From the NCBI GenBank assembly GCA_016748015.1, contig JAAOMT010000664.1, forward strand, positions 256,715 through 320,714: 64,000 bases of DNA. Direction: 5' to 3'. This document shows, piece by piece, positions 39,888 through 50,639 of this stretch (its first letter is position 1; the number at the start of each line of letters is the position of its first letter). Below the pieces are notes generated by a model. It had not been told where the DNA came from. It made no database searches and saw only the letters and a program-made list of their open reading frames with translations. Both the position numbers and the translations under genes were made by a program. The DNA is from Geosiphon pyriformis uo1 (Eukaryota; Fungi; Glomeromycota).

Positions 39888-42800
39888 GTGGCAAAATTAG
39901 AAAACATAGGAGCAAACCATCTAGAATTCACAAAATTCTTATTTCAACACTACTGTCAACATTTGGGATTAAATTACAACCACATATCAGTGGAATCAGC
40001 TTTCAATTTCTACATCAATGAAAAAATTGCCTATCTGTTAGGAACACCAGTAAATATCAAATCGGCAAGAGAAGTCTTTTACAGTAAATTAATTCAAAAT
40101 ACTAACTTGCCAACAAATCACAATTTTGCCTCCATCATCACGGAAATCAACAAAGAAATTGAACACCACACACTGCAAAGATACCCCATTACTTACATAA
40201 GCAAAGGCAAAGGAAAACTGCAAACACCAGCAATAACACCCAAAAAAATACAACCACCTACTTGAAAGAAAACAAGAGTTGAATCCCCAACTAATCCATC
40301 ATACCACTATACACCCAGAAGTGCCATTAATATTACATCTACCAGCACGTCCACATCAAACATAACATCAGCATTTGGATGATTTCCATTCCAAAGTAAA
40401 CAAAGGAAAGCAGAGTTATTAGAACCATATGATGTGTATTTTGAAGGATTTAACTCGTGATCATCAACACTATCAGGACTCCAATTACCATTGCCTTCCC
40501 CAGATTTCAAAATTTCTGATCTGTGGGAAGTAATGGAATCAGAAGAAGAGGAAGAAGAAGAAGCTGAAGATTAAAAATTCACTTGCCAGAACCTGATCAC
40601 TGAAAACCCAGAATCTTCAAACTCAGCAAAATCTAAACCCAGAAAATCCGGAAATCAAAACTCCGAACATTCAAACACCACCAACTCAGGATAATTGAAA
40701 CCCCGATTTAATAAATCAACAAAACTTACCTCTAGTAATTATCATCAATCAACCACCAATTAATCCAATAGCCAAACCCATACAACCACCACTTTAACTA
40801 CCACCCCAACAACTTATGCAACAACAACCACTTCAACTACCACTACAACAACCCAATTTAGATCCAATGGCCTATGCACCAATCGCAAAACTTGACAATT
40901 TTACTGGTAAAGAAGACGACGCCCAAATATGGCTCAACAATGTTGAAAAAGCTATAGTAGCCAACAGATGAAATGACAGTAGAGCCTTTCAAGCAATCTC
41001 CTATTTTCTCAAAGATACTACCAACTCGTGGTATCAGAGCCTAGTCGCCAAACCACAAACTTTCAATGAGTTCAAAACAGAATTCTTGAGATACTTTAGT
41101 AATAATAATAGTATTAATTACTTGATCAACACATTCACTACTATCAAACAAGAGGACACAGAAGCAGTCACCACTTACTTGGGATGCTTCCATAGAAATC
41201 TGCATCAAATTCAGGCAATTCAAGCTGATTACTTTACAGTGCCACAGATCTTGAACCAGTTCATCAGAAGATTGCACAGTAACATTCTTCAGCAAGTATG
41301 TCTAATGCATCCAGTTGACTTCTCAACTGCCGTCACCCATGCCAGAGATTTTGAAGCAGTCGAGCTAGAAGCCAACCACGTCCAAGCTGTAAATTTAGTG
41401 ATGAACAGATCATCTGACTTGGATTCCAAACTGAAACAATTCAGTAATACAATCAATCAGAAACTAGAAGGATACTTAGCTGACAATCATGCAATCTATT
41501 AACTACTACAATAATACAATAATTCAGGAAACACAAATTGTTTCCAAAATCAGCCACGTCTATCAACATTATTATCATCATCATTATCCAATCAGCCATG
41601 GCAGCCAGAAATGCATGTTTGCCACAACTGTAGTAAACAAGGTCACATTAGAGCCAACTGTTGGTTTTATAGCAACAATTCACAATCGGGAAATCAATAT
41701 TGAAACCCTGATTGCAAATTTCAGACTCAGAATTACTACCCAAACCAAAACCAATATCAAGCCAATTACTTGCCAATGATGCAGCAACCAATCTATCAAC
41801 CACCAGTATATCAACCTCCAATTTATCAACTGCAGCCACCGGTAATTTATCAGCCACAGCCCCAAATAATTTATCAGTTCCAACAACCAATTCAAATACT
41901 ACTCCAAAACTCCACTCAAATAACATCAAGAAATCCAAGACCTAGAATCACTCAAAACTGGAGATCAGTGATGGTTGTTCATTAACCAATTCCTAGCTTC
42001 TTTTACCAACCATCAGGCTCTCGACAGTAGAATCTGGGTACTGGTTTTACCCAAAACCCGAATTCTCAGAACTATTTAAGTCTCCTGGTTACCCCAAAAG
42101 ATGCCACCACCAACAACTCGGAATCCAACCCACCCCAAACAACACTTACCAACAATATTCTATCAGCAATTGTCACCAAAAACAAATCTTTTGCAGCCAT
42201 CTTTCCTTTCAAATTGGAGGAAACCATCAACCCATCTTTGTTCAATGGAGCAGCACTTAAGGAGAAACCCATCACCACAATGTACACTGATGCAAAAGTT
42301 GATGGTCACTCCATCAAACTAATCCTAGATAGTAGATTAGCTGACAGCATTATCACAAGACAACTCATGGATCAATTAGGTCACCGAGTTGATCACACTG
42401 TCAGCGCCAGGATTATTACAGCCAATAGAGCGACCAAAACACCCATTGGAGAGATTAATGATTTCTCCATAGAAGTCAATAGTATTATAGTACCAATCAA
42501 AATACTCATCATAGAAGCCATTTAATACCAAGCACTTATTGGGAATAACTGACTATCCAAAACCAATGTGACTTTAGATTAGAACACCCAAGAGCTCCAG
42601 CTTAGCCAGAATGGCTGACACATACGAGTACCAGCCATGTGTGACCACTTCAAGCCTATCACCATGCCATCAACACCACTTATCAAATTCGAGGAAGAAA
42701 AAGTGAAACCCACCTGAAAACCATACCAAGTTTCGTGGGCCGACATCAACCACAATGAACTGCTGCCAATACTTATCTGGGACAACAACGACAATGGAAA

Positions 42801-45800
42801 GGAGAAACAAAGAGAAAAACCTATTTGGGAAGCCACCATTGACACTTGGACCAACAACAACCAAAGCGAGATGTCACCAATTCTAGATTGGAAAGAAAAG
42901 AACAAGGAAAAAGGGAAAGAAAAGGAAGAAAACATACTTGAAAAAACCACTACTGCAGAAGAAATAACTAGTGACTGGGAAAGGGAATACTCATGTGAAC
43001 CAATAAAAGAGCCATTATATATCTCTCAAATGCAAGGACTGTAAGAAGAAACTGTCCTCAATGGGAGCTTGGGTAGTACTAGACAAAAACTACTAAATGC
43101 GAACCTATTACTATTGCAAGTCCTGCTATAGAAAATGATATAGCTACCCAAAAAGACAAGGCAAGTGGAACAACAAACCATGTTTCACTTGTGGTGAACA
43201 ATTACTCAATGAAAGAATGTGGAACGACATTCCTGGTCGAAGAGGAATGTGTGACACTTCATGCCAATACACAATCCTTATCAGTGATTGAATGAGTCAT
43301 GATATGTCCATCACAGCAGTATGACACCAAGCTATATCTCACCTAGATGGCTATCTACATGACAAAGACAAGATCTGGCAAATGGTTAATGCCAAAGTAA
43401 AAAGCACTTCGTCCAGTGAAATTCTGGAAATCAAGAATAACCCTCCAGAACCAACAAACATTGTTTTGGTTCTCAACTTGGACGTCTTTATTGACTTAGA
43501 AAACAGCCCAGAAGAATTTCATGAACACTATTAAAATCTAGCACCTATAAGAGAAGAGCAAGAGCAACACTTGAAAGAAATCAACATCTGATTATGTAAC
43601 CACTGTTTGATTCCATGTGACTTCCAATTCTGTGATAATTGTGACCTTATCTACAATCCACCACCATGCATGATCTACACAATCCCCAAAAAAGAAGAAC
43701 CAATTAACAGTTGTGCATTAGAATTAGAATTGAGTTCCAACTCTGATTCAAACTCTGACAATGATGATAACAAAAATAACAGTTCCAGCTCCATTCAAAA
43801 TGGCTATGACAATAATTCCAACTCAGATTCAAACTCCAATTCAAACTACAAACAATATATTGCACTCCCTGACCTTATCAAAGAGTAAGAACTGAGATGG
43901 TTTAGTGATAATAATGAAGGTATTATGTCAGAACGTGTGCATAATACTGATACAGGATTTGATCTGAGATATCCAGAAAAGAACACCATCAAATTGAAAT
44001 CTTATTCACGCACTTGTATTAATCTGAAAATAGCACTGGAAATTCCAACAACAATAATGGTTCAATTAGTATCTAGGAGTAATTTAGTGAAAAAGGAAAT
44101 AAACATCAGAGGAGGAATAATTGATGTAGGATATGTAAGAAATATCATTGCTATGCTACAAAATGACTCAGAAAAAGCCTATGTTATAGAGCCAAATGAA
44201 AGAATAGCATAGGCAATATTCCTGTCTCTGGTGAAAATTGCTTAGTTAGTTTCAATAGGAAATAGGAAAAAATTAGGGATAACAGCAAGAGGGATATAGA
44301 GATTTGGATCAACAGGTAGAATAGATGTATTAGTCAATATAGTAGAGGAAGAAATTATTGGCCAAGGAGAAATTATCTCAACTGGTCAAACAATTTCCAT
44401 TCTACCATATAGCCAATACATGTTAGCAATAGAAAGGAGAGAAAAGGAGCAAGAACAGATTTTTGAAACAGAAGCAACCCTTTATGAATCAAGAGAAATT
44501 GGACTTATTAATCTATACATACCAGCCAAGAGCCATAACCATATCAAAATTCCCATTTACAACAAAACTAGAAATGTTGTAGAGATACCAGAAGGAACCA
44601 CTCTCAGATATTTAACCACGGAAATTGAAGATCAAGCACCAAGCAGCATTCCAGATTTTCCACAGCTTTGTGGATATGTGGACATTACATCACAAACCAT
44701 CTATGGACAAAACAAATGTTATCTATTACAGCCAGAACAATTGAAACAGATAAACATGGGAAATCTAGACCCATTTCAACAGATGCAACTAAAGATGTTA
44801 CTCAATAATTTCAATAACATCTTTACCAGTGAAAACAAATTTGGCAGAACTGATATTATCCAGCATCAAATCAAAACTGAAGATGCAATGCCAATCAAAC
44901 AGTGAGCATATAGGATACCACCAGCCAGTCATGAAATCATCCATCAAGAGATTAACTGAATACTTGACAATGGGTTAATTCAGCCATCAATGAGCCCATG
45001 GTTATTACCAGTAGTACTTGTCCATAAGAAGAATAGAAAAATCCAATTTTGTGTAGACTACAGAAAACTCAATGGTGTAATTCGTAGAAACAGCTATCCA
45101 ACTCCACGGATACAAGAACTATTCGATGCTTTTGGTGGAAACAAATGGTTCTTAACATTAGACTTGGATAGTGGTTACTGGCAAGTAGCCATGGATTTAG
45201 CTGACAAAGAAAAAATGGTGTTCACCACAAGAGAGGAAAACTTTGAATTTGAAGTTATGCCATTTAGGTTAACCAATGCTCCAGCTACATTCCAATGGCT
45301 AATAAAAATTGTGTATATTGGCTTATTGTGAAAATCAGTAGTTGTATACTTAGATGACACCAATGTATTCTCAAAAACATTTGATAATCATCTATGTTAT
45401 CTCCAACAAGTGTTTGAAAGACTACGATGAGCAGGATTAAAATTGAATACAACAAAGTGTTTTTTTGGCAAAACAGAACTAAAATTCTTGGAACACATAG
45501 TTAGCAAAGATGGCATAAAAACAGATCAGGAGAAAATAGAGATAGTAAAAAACTTTCTAATACCAATCAATATAACCGAGCTGAAATTATTTTTAGAATT
45601 TGTGAGCTATTATAGACACTTCATAAAGAATTTTTCAAAGATAGCACAATCATTCAATGATCTTCAAACCAAAAATGCAAAGTATGAATGGACTGAAACC
45701 TAGCAAGAAACATTTGACATCTTAAGAAGAAAGCTTATTCAAGCTCCAGTATTGATCTATTCAGATTATAGTAAACCATTTATTATCATTACTGATACAT

Positions 45801-46150
45801 CAGGTCAAGCATTGAGAGCAGTACTATCTCAGAGAGGATTGGATAAAAGAGAACATCCAGTCACATATGCCAGCTGAGGTTTGACTCCAGCTGAAAAGAA
45901 CTATGGAACACCAGAATTAGAACATCTAGCAATCTATTGGGCAGTTATGAAATGGAAAAAATACTTGAGCCAAAAGTTTGAGGTATACACAGATCACAAA
46001 AGATTGACATTACTCCAAAAACAAGAATTTGGAGATGGAAAACAGTCAAGATAGAAAATGGCTCTTTTGACATATACTTATACTATACATTATAAAAAGA
46101 GAAAAAACAACGGAAATGCCAACAGTTTGTTGCGAATAAGACAAATCTAA
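39888..46150 (+). pseudogene. D Gag-PR-Cys domain-dUTPase-RT-RNase H polyprotein (~2090 codons, decayed)
   Basis: MAYAPIAKL capsid region at 40867, CHNCSKQGHIRANC at ~41620, LILDS at ~42320 in the same frame as gag, YLDD at 45347, stop at 46148-46150. Confidence 0.9.
43925..44325 (+). pseudogene. dUTPase domain within D pol
   Basis: Motifs 1-5 of trimeric dUTPases: TGFDL, SRSNL, GGIIDVGYVRNI, ERIA(Q), and ARGI(Q)RFGSTG. Confidence 0.92.
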
Positions 46151-46211
46151 AAACATTTCAACCCAAAAATATAACAAAACCAAAACAATACTCACAAAAA
46201 TATAACAAAAG

Positions 46212-47594
46212 ATGAACACATAAAAATATCAACAACTTCAACATTATATAGATACTCAACAGTTCAAGGAGAAATTATCTCAACTAGAACAAAAGAGGAT
46301 CAAACAACAATCCAAATATTTTATCACTTACCAAAATATACTTTATCAGAAAAATAGAAAAGATGCAGATCAACCAACCAGAGTAATTACAAAACCAGAA
46401 AAGGAGACAATACTGTTCAACATGCACTCAGATCCAACTGCAGGACATTTTCATAAAGAAGCAACCATGGAAAGAACCAGAAAGAGATATTATTGGCCAT
46501 CAATATATCCAGACATCATTCAATATGTGCAAAATTGTGATACTTGTCAAAAAAGAGGAGGAACAAGACCTAGCAAACCATTGAGACCAATCAAAATAGG
46601 ACAATTATTTGACTGCATTGAAATTGATTTAGTTAGACCATTGACAATTACCAGCAGAAGCAACAGATATATTGCAGTAGCCATAGACTATCTTACTAAA
46701 TGGCCAGAAGCCAAAGCAATTCAAAGAGCAGATGCAAAATTCATTGCTGAATTTGTCTATTAAGATCTAATTTGTCGACATGGATGTCTAAAAGAACTAT
46801 TATCAGACCAAAGAATTCATTTTGTGAATAGAACATTAGCAGAACTAAGCCAAAGATTCAGAATTAAGAAACCACTATCATTATCATATCATTCACAAAC
46901 CAATGGATTAGTTGAAAAATTTAATAGAACATTGTGTGAAGCAATAGTAAAACTCAGCCAAGAAAACCAGAACAAATAGGATTTGTTCATACCATCAGTA
47001 TTATTTGCTTATCAGACAATGAAACAAAACACCACACAAGCAACACTATTTGAATTGATATACGGTAGAACAGCAATATTACCAGTTGAGATAGAGATTA
47101 ACACATATCCAACTGAACCAATAACAGAAGAAAATTTCCAAGAAACATTGTTAAGAAGAACATATGACTTAATGGAAACATTGGAAAACAAATAAAAAAG
47201 AGCAGCTGATAACATACAAAAGTCACAAGAAAAACAGAAAGAAAGACATAATAATCAACTACCAGACAAACCAGTTGAATTCAAGATTGAAGACAAAGTA
47301 CTCTTATATTGTACCAAAGCGGAAAAACAATGGAGTGGAAAATTTGACCCCAAATGAGATGAACCATTTTACATAGAAGAAATTCTAGGGAATAGAGCTT
47401 ACAAATTAAGACTGAATAACAAAATCTTAACCAAAGCAGCACATGGAAATCAACTGAAACTATACCACAACATTACACTACCATCCACCAGTAATATTCT
47501 ATAATTAGAAATACAGAAGATACTAATCCAACCAAAGAAGATTCCATGAGATCTGGAACCAATCATCATTATTGACAACAACATGTTAAATTAA
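46212..47594 (+). pseudogene. D integrase, separate ORF (460 codons)
   Basis: Own ATG 61 nt after the RH stop, in a different frame. HHCC, DDE core and KFDPK(W)DEPFY present; no chromodomain seen. Confidence 0.9.
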
Positions 47595-47648
47595 TTCATC
47601 AAAAGAATATATAAAGACATAGTAGATATAACAAGAAATATCAGAAAA

Positions 47649-48278
47649 ATGAAAATTATAGACAACATCTACTCACTAGCACAACAACTCTTTTAATTAA
47701 TTCAACACCAAGAGATGGAAATTACAATTAATCAACAAACCATCTGATATCAAAACACTAAAAAGACATCACCACATAGAACACAGAAAAAAACAGAAAA
47801 TACCATTGACAAAATGATTGCAAAAGTAAAATTAGCAATAAAAGAGTTGACAAAAGAGTCACTATACCAAGAATTGACTAAAAAAACTTGGAATTAGTAG
47901 ATACAACAATTTCCAAGAAACTATTGTTATTTTTACTTGGGACAACATGTAAATATCTAGAATCTATATACGGATAAAACAAAGCAATTATTTGACACAA
48001 AAATACTACAACAATTAGAACATTTTGTGGGAAAGAACAACTTATCTATACAGGCCTGAGCTATATACTGAATACATACAGCATTTCAGAATCGACCAGA
48101 AATCTTACTCAACAAAACAATGGATACAGTTACCAGTAATTAATTAGGAAAGATCACCAATGCTCAATTTGAAGAATTACAGACTCAAATAACACAAGTA
48201 ATTCTCGAAAATGAAATTTAGGAAATACTTCAAGAAGGGAAATTAACAGAGTTAGATTTCAATAGAGCTCAATATTAA
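47649..48278 (+). pseudogene. D accessory ORF3 (MKIIDNIYSLAQQLF..., 210 codons)
   Basis: Divergent from, but alignable with, ORF3 of A and C; same position and same ..RAQY* end. Confidence 0.8.
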
Positions 48279-48291
48279 AAGGAGGGAATAA

Positions 48292-49144
48292 TGTTACTCA
48301 TAGAAATATAGGGAATATATATTAGCATAGTTATTAACCAATCAGAAGTAGACATAGTAAAATGTGGAATTCTAGGATTCTTCTCAAGAATTGTAGGATT
48401 CCAGGAATTACAGGATTCTCACAAGGAATTGCAGAATTCCAGAATTCCAGAATTCTTCTCAAAAAAATTGCAGGATTCCTGTTGTAAAGAATTGAGAAAT
48501 TGAGAAATCTCAATTATGTATATATAGCAGTAGAATTAGAAGCTAAAAAGACAGATCTTTCAGTTTAGATTTCATCTAGACAACTTTCCAAACCACAAAT
48601 AAATAACTGTTTGTTATCTCAAACCTGCTGCCACTATCAATACTTCGTGTTAATAATAATTGATACTTAACTACACTGGAACAATAACTCTTGATCATGG
48701 CTATTGATAAAATACTAACTTGCAAATTGCCTTGGCTTATTTCTTTTCTTTCTTTATTTTCTTTTCTTTTTTTTATTTCTTGCTTTAATTTTATTGTTGT
48801 TTACTAACTCTATTGAAGATTAATGCATGGGGTATTGACGTCAGAATAAACGTGACTGGTAAAAGACCCAGAAATAAAGGTAGAACACTCGATTAAGAAT
48901 AGCTTACCAGGAAGAATACCAGCCATCAAGCTGAGAAAAAAATTGACAAAACTGTGGTTTCAGGAAGCTATAGATAAAACTATTATCATTGAATCTCTGT
49001 TCATTATACAAAGAACTCAACCAACCCTTCAGATACAAACTTGTCAGACACAAACCTTCAGATCACTATTGACTACAACTAGATTTGAGCATCAAGTTAT
49101 GGGTTTGTTATCTAATCCAACACCAGAAATAATCACCTGTAACA
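48292..49144 (+). repeat. 3' LTR of D
   Basis: TGTTACTCATAG...CCTGTAACA. Confidence 0.95.
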
Positions 49145-49899
49145 ACACCAAATTATAATTTTGTTATTTAATTAAAGACCCCAAATAATCACCTGTAATA
49201 CTGTTTATTCTTTGCTATTTTGTATACTACTTCTTTATATCTGTTAAATATAAGTTTATATACTGTGGTTTTCAAAAGTTTTGTGCTGAAAAAATGGTTT
49301 TTGAAAATAATTGAAGTCTTAAAAAATAGAAAAAAGACTGTTTTAACTATAGTAAATTTTATAAAACATTTAGTTAAATTGTATTATTTAAAAATTTGGC
49401 TTGTTAAATTAAAGTATAGAGCAAATATAAAAAAAACTAAATTGATTAAATATAATAACTTGGTGTTTAGTTTGTCATATAAAATAGTAAGTAGACTTTT
49501 AAACAGTATTGTGTATATATTAAATATAATTGAATTTTTTGTAATTAATTTTGGTAAATACAGACTGTGTTTTTTTTCTCAAATTTAAGTAATAAAATCA
49601 GAATTTATATAAATGTATAATATAATCTTGTTTGGCTTAAATAATTAGTCATATATAATAAAAGCATAAATTGTATTTAATTTAGACTTTTTAGTTTGAT
49701 TTTATATATTAAATAGCAGTTAAAATTTACTTATAAATAAAATAAAATAAAAAATTTAGTTTTATAAATATTTTAGTTGCTATTTTTTTCAAAAAATAAC
49801 AAAAAAATTTAAAAATTTAAAAATAATTTATATTGTTAACAAAAAACAACATATTAATATAATTTTATATCTTATATTAATACTTTTAAAATTTAATAT

Positions 49900-50250
49900 T
49901 AAGTATTAATTGTATTTTTTAGCAAATATTTATTCAATAATCTTCAAGATTAAAAGTTTATACAACTTAAATATATAAATACTAACAAGTAATTTTTTAT
50001 TTACAAATATTTAAATATTTGAAAAAATCAAAAAAACAAATAAATAATATTAAAAAATTGAATATTTAAAAATAATTTTTATTATTTTAATTTCTTATAT
50101 TTTTGATATGTTTTTTTACAGTTAAAAAATTTATTGTTTATATAGCTATTAAAAGTAGTTAACAGTTAGATTAATAATTAAATTAATAATCAAATCAATA
50201 ATCAAATTATTAATTAAACCAGTTATTATTAATAATAATTAATAATTAAT
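49900..50250 (-). repeat. Highly decayed B-family LTR fragment
   Basis: TTATATAGCTATTAAAAGTAG plus 12-bp periodic units, as at 55700-55790; boundaries approximate. Confidence 0.45.
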
Positions 50251-50639
50251 AAAAACTATGATTTTCAATCATAATATTATCTTTTTTAAAAAAATTAATC
50301 TTTGGCAAAATTAAGTTATTTATGAAATATTTTAATTAAAAAATTTTATTTAATTTAAAACTAATTAATTTAGTAAAGTTTTTTATTGATAAAATATATA
50401 AAATTTAAGATAAAATAAGCTTTGTATTTAATAAATTAAATTTTTATATAAGAGTTTTGGTTTTTTTGACAATAATTAAAATTTTTAAGATATTTAAAAT
50501 TTTTATTTGTATTTTTAAAGTTGTGTTTTATATTATTAAAAGTAAGTTTTAAAATTATTTGGGTTTTTATAACTTAATATTTAGTATAATTTAATAAAAA
50601 ATCTAAAAAATTTCTGAAAATTTTGAGTTGAAATTCTTT

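Larger units (their letters stand above)
38976..49144 (+). mobile_element. Ty3/Gypsy LTR retrotransposon D (complete, uninterrupted copy of the dUTPase family)
   Basis: 853-bp LTRs at 38976-39828 and 48292-49144, perfect TSD ACAC, PBS TGGTGCTCCCTGTGAG at 39831, PPT AAAAGGAGGGAATAA. Confidence 0.95.
10829..49200 (+). mobile_element. Ty3/Gypsy LTR retrotransposon A (dUTPase family), host of nested elements B, C and D
   Basis: 5' LTR 10829-11694; 3' LTR 38137-38975 plus 49149-49200. TSD CTGT at 10825-10828 and 49201-49204. PBS at 11697; PPT AAAGGAGAAGATAA before 38137. The gag, PR, dUTPase, RT, RH, IN and ORF3 segments rejoin across the insertions. Confidence 0.92.
38137..49200 (+). repeat. 3' LTR of A, split by element D (38137-38975 plus 49149-49200)
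   Basis: The last 52 bp match the end of A's 5' LTR. Confidence 0.88.
10400..49755 (+). mobile_element. Decayed LINE 3' end (ORF2 C-terminus, 3' UTR, A tail), split by element A into ~10400-10828 and 49205-49755
   Basis: ORF 10582 (..KLSVIIRKRLYNKVYLNVLCLLYNNIKLPNYVFIC, a degenerate CxxC...H..C zf-RVT-like motif) and ORF 49220 read as one ORF2 C-terminus once A and one CTGT copy are removed. Stop at ~49620; A-rich tail at 49734-49754. The left boundary is approximate. Confidence 0.6.

Noticed and set aside
41712-41945. Overlapping Ser/Thr-rich ORF (also 21174-21617) as a separate gene
   Set aside because: It is an alternative frame of the repetitive QPxIYQP Gag tail. Low-complexity repeats keep it open, and no start is conserved.
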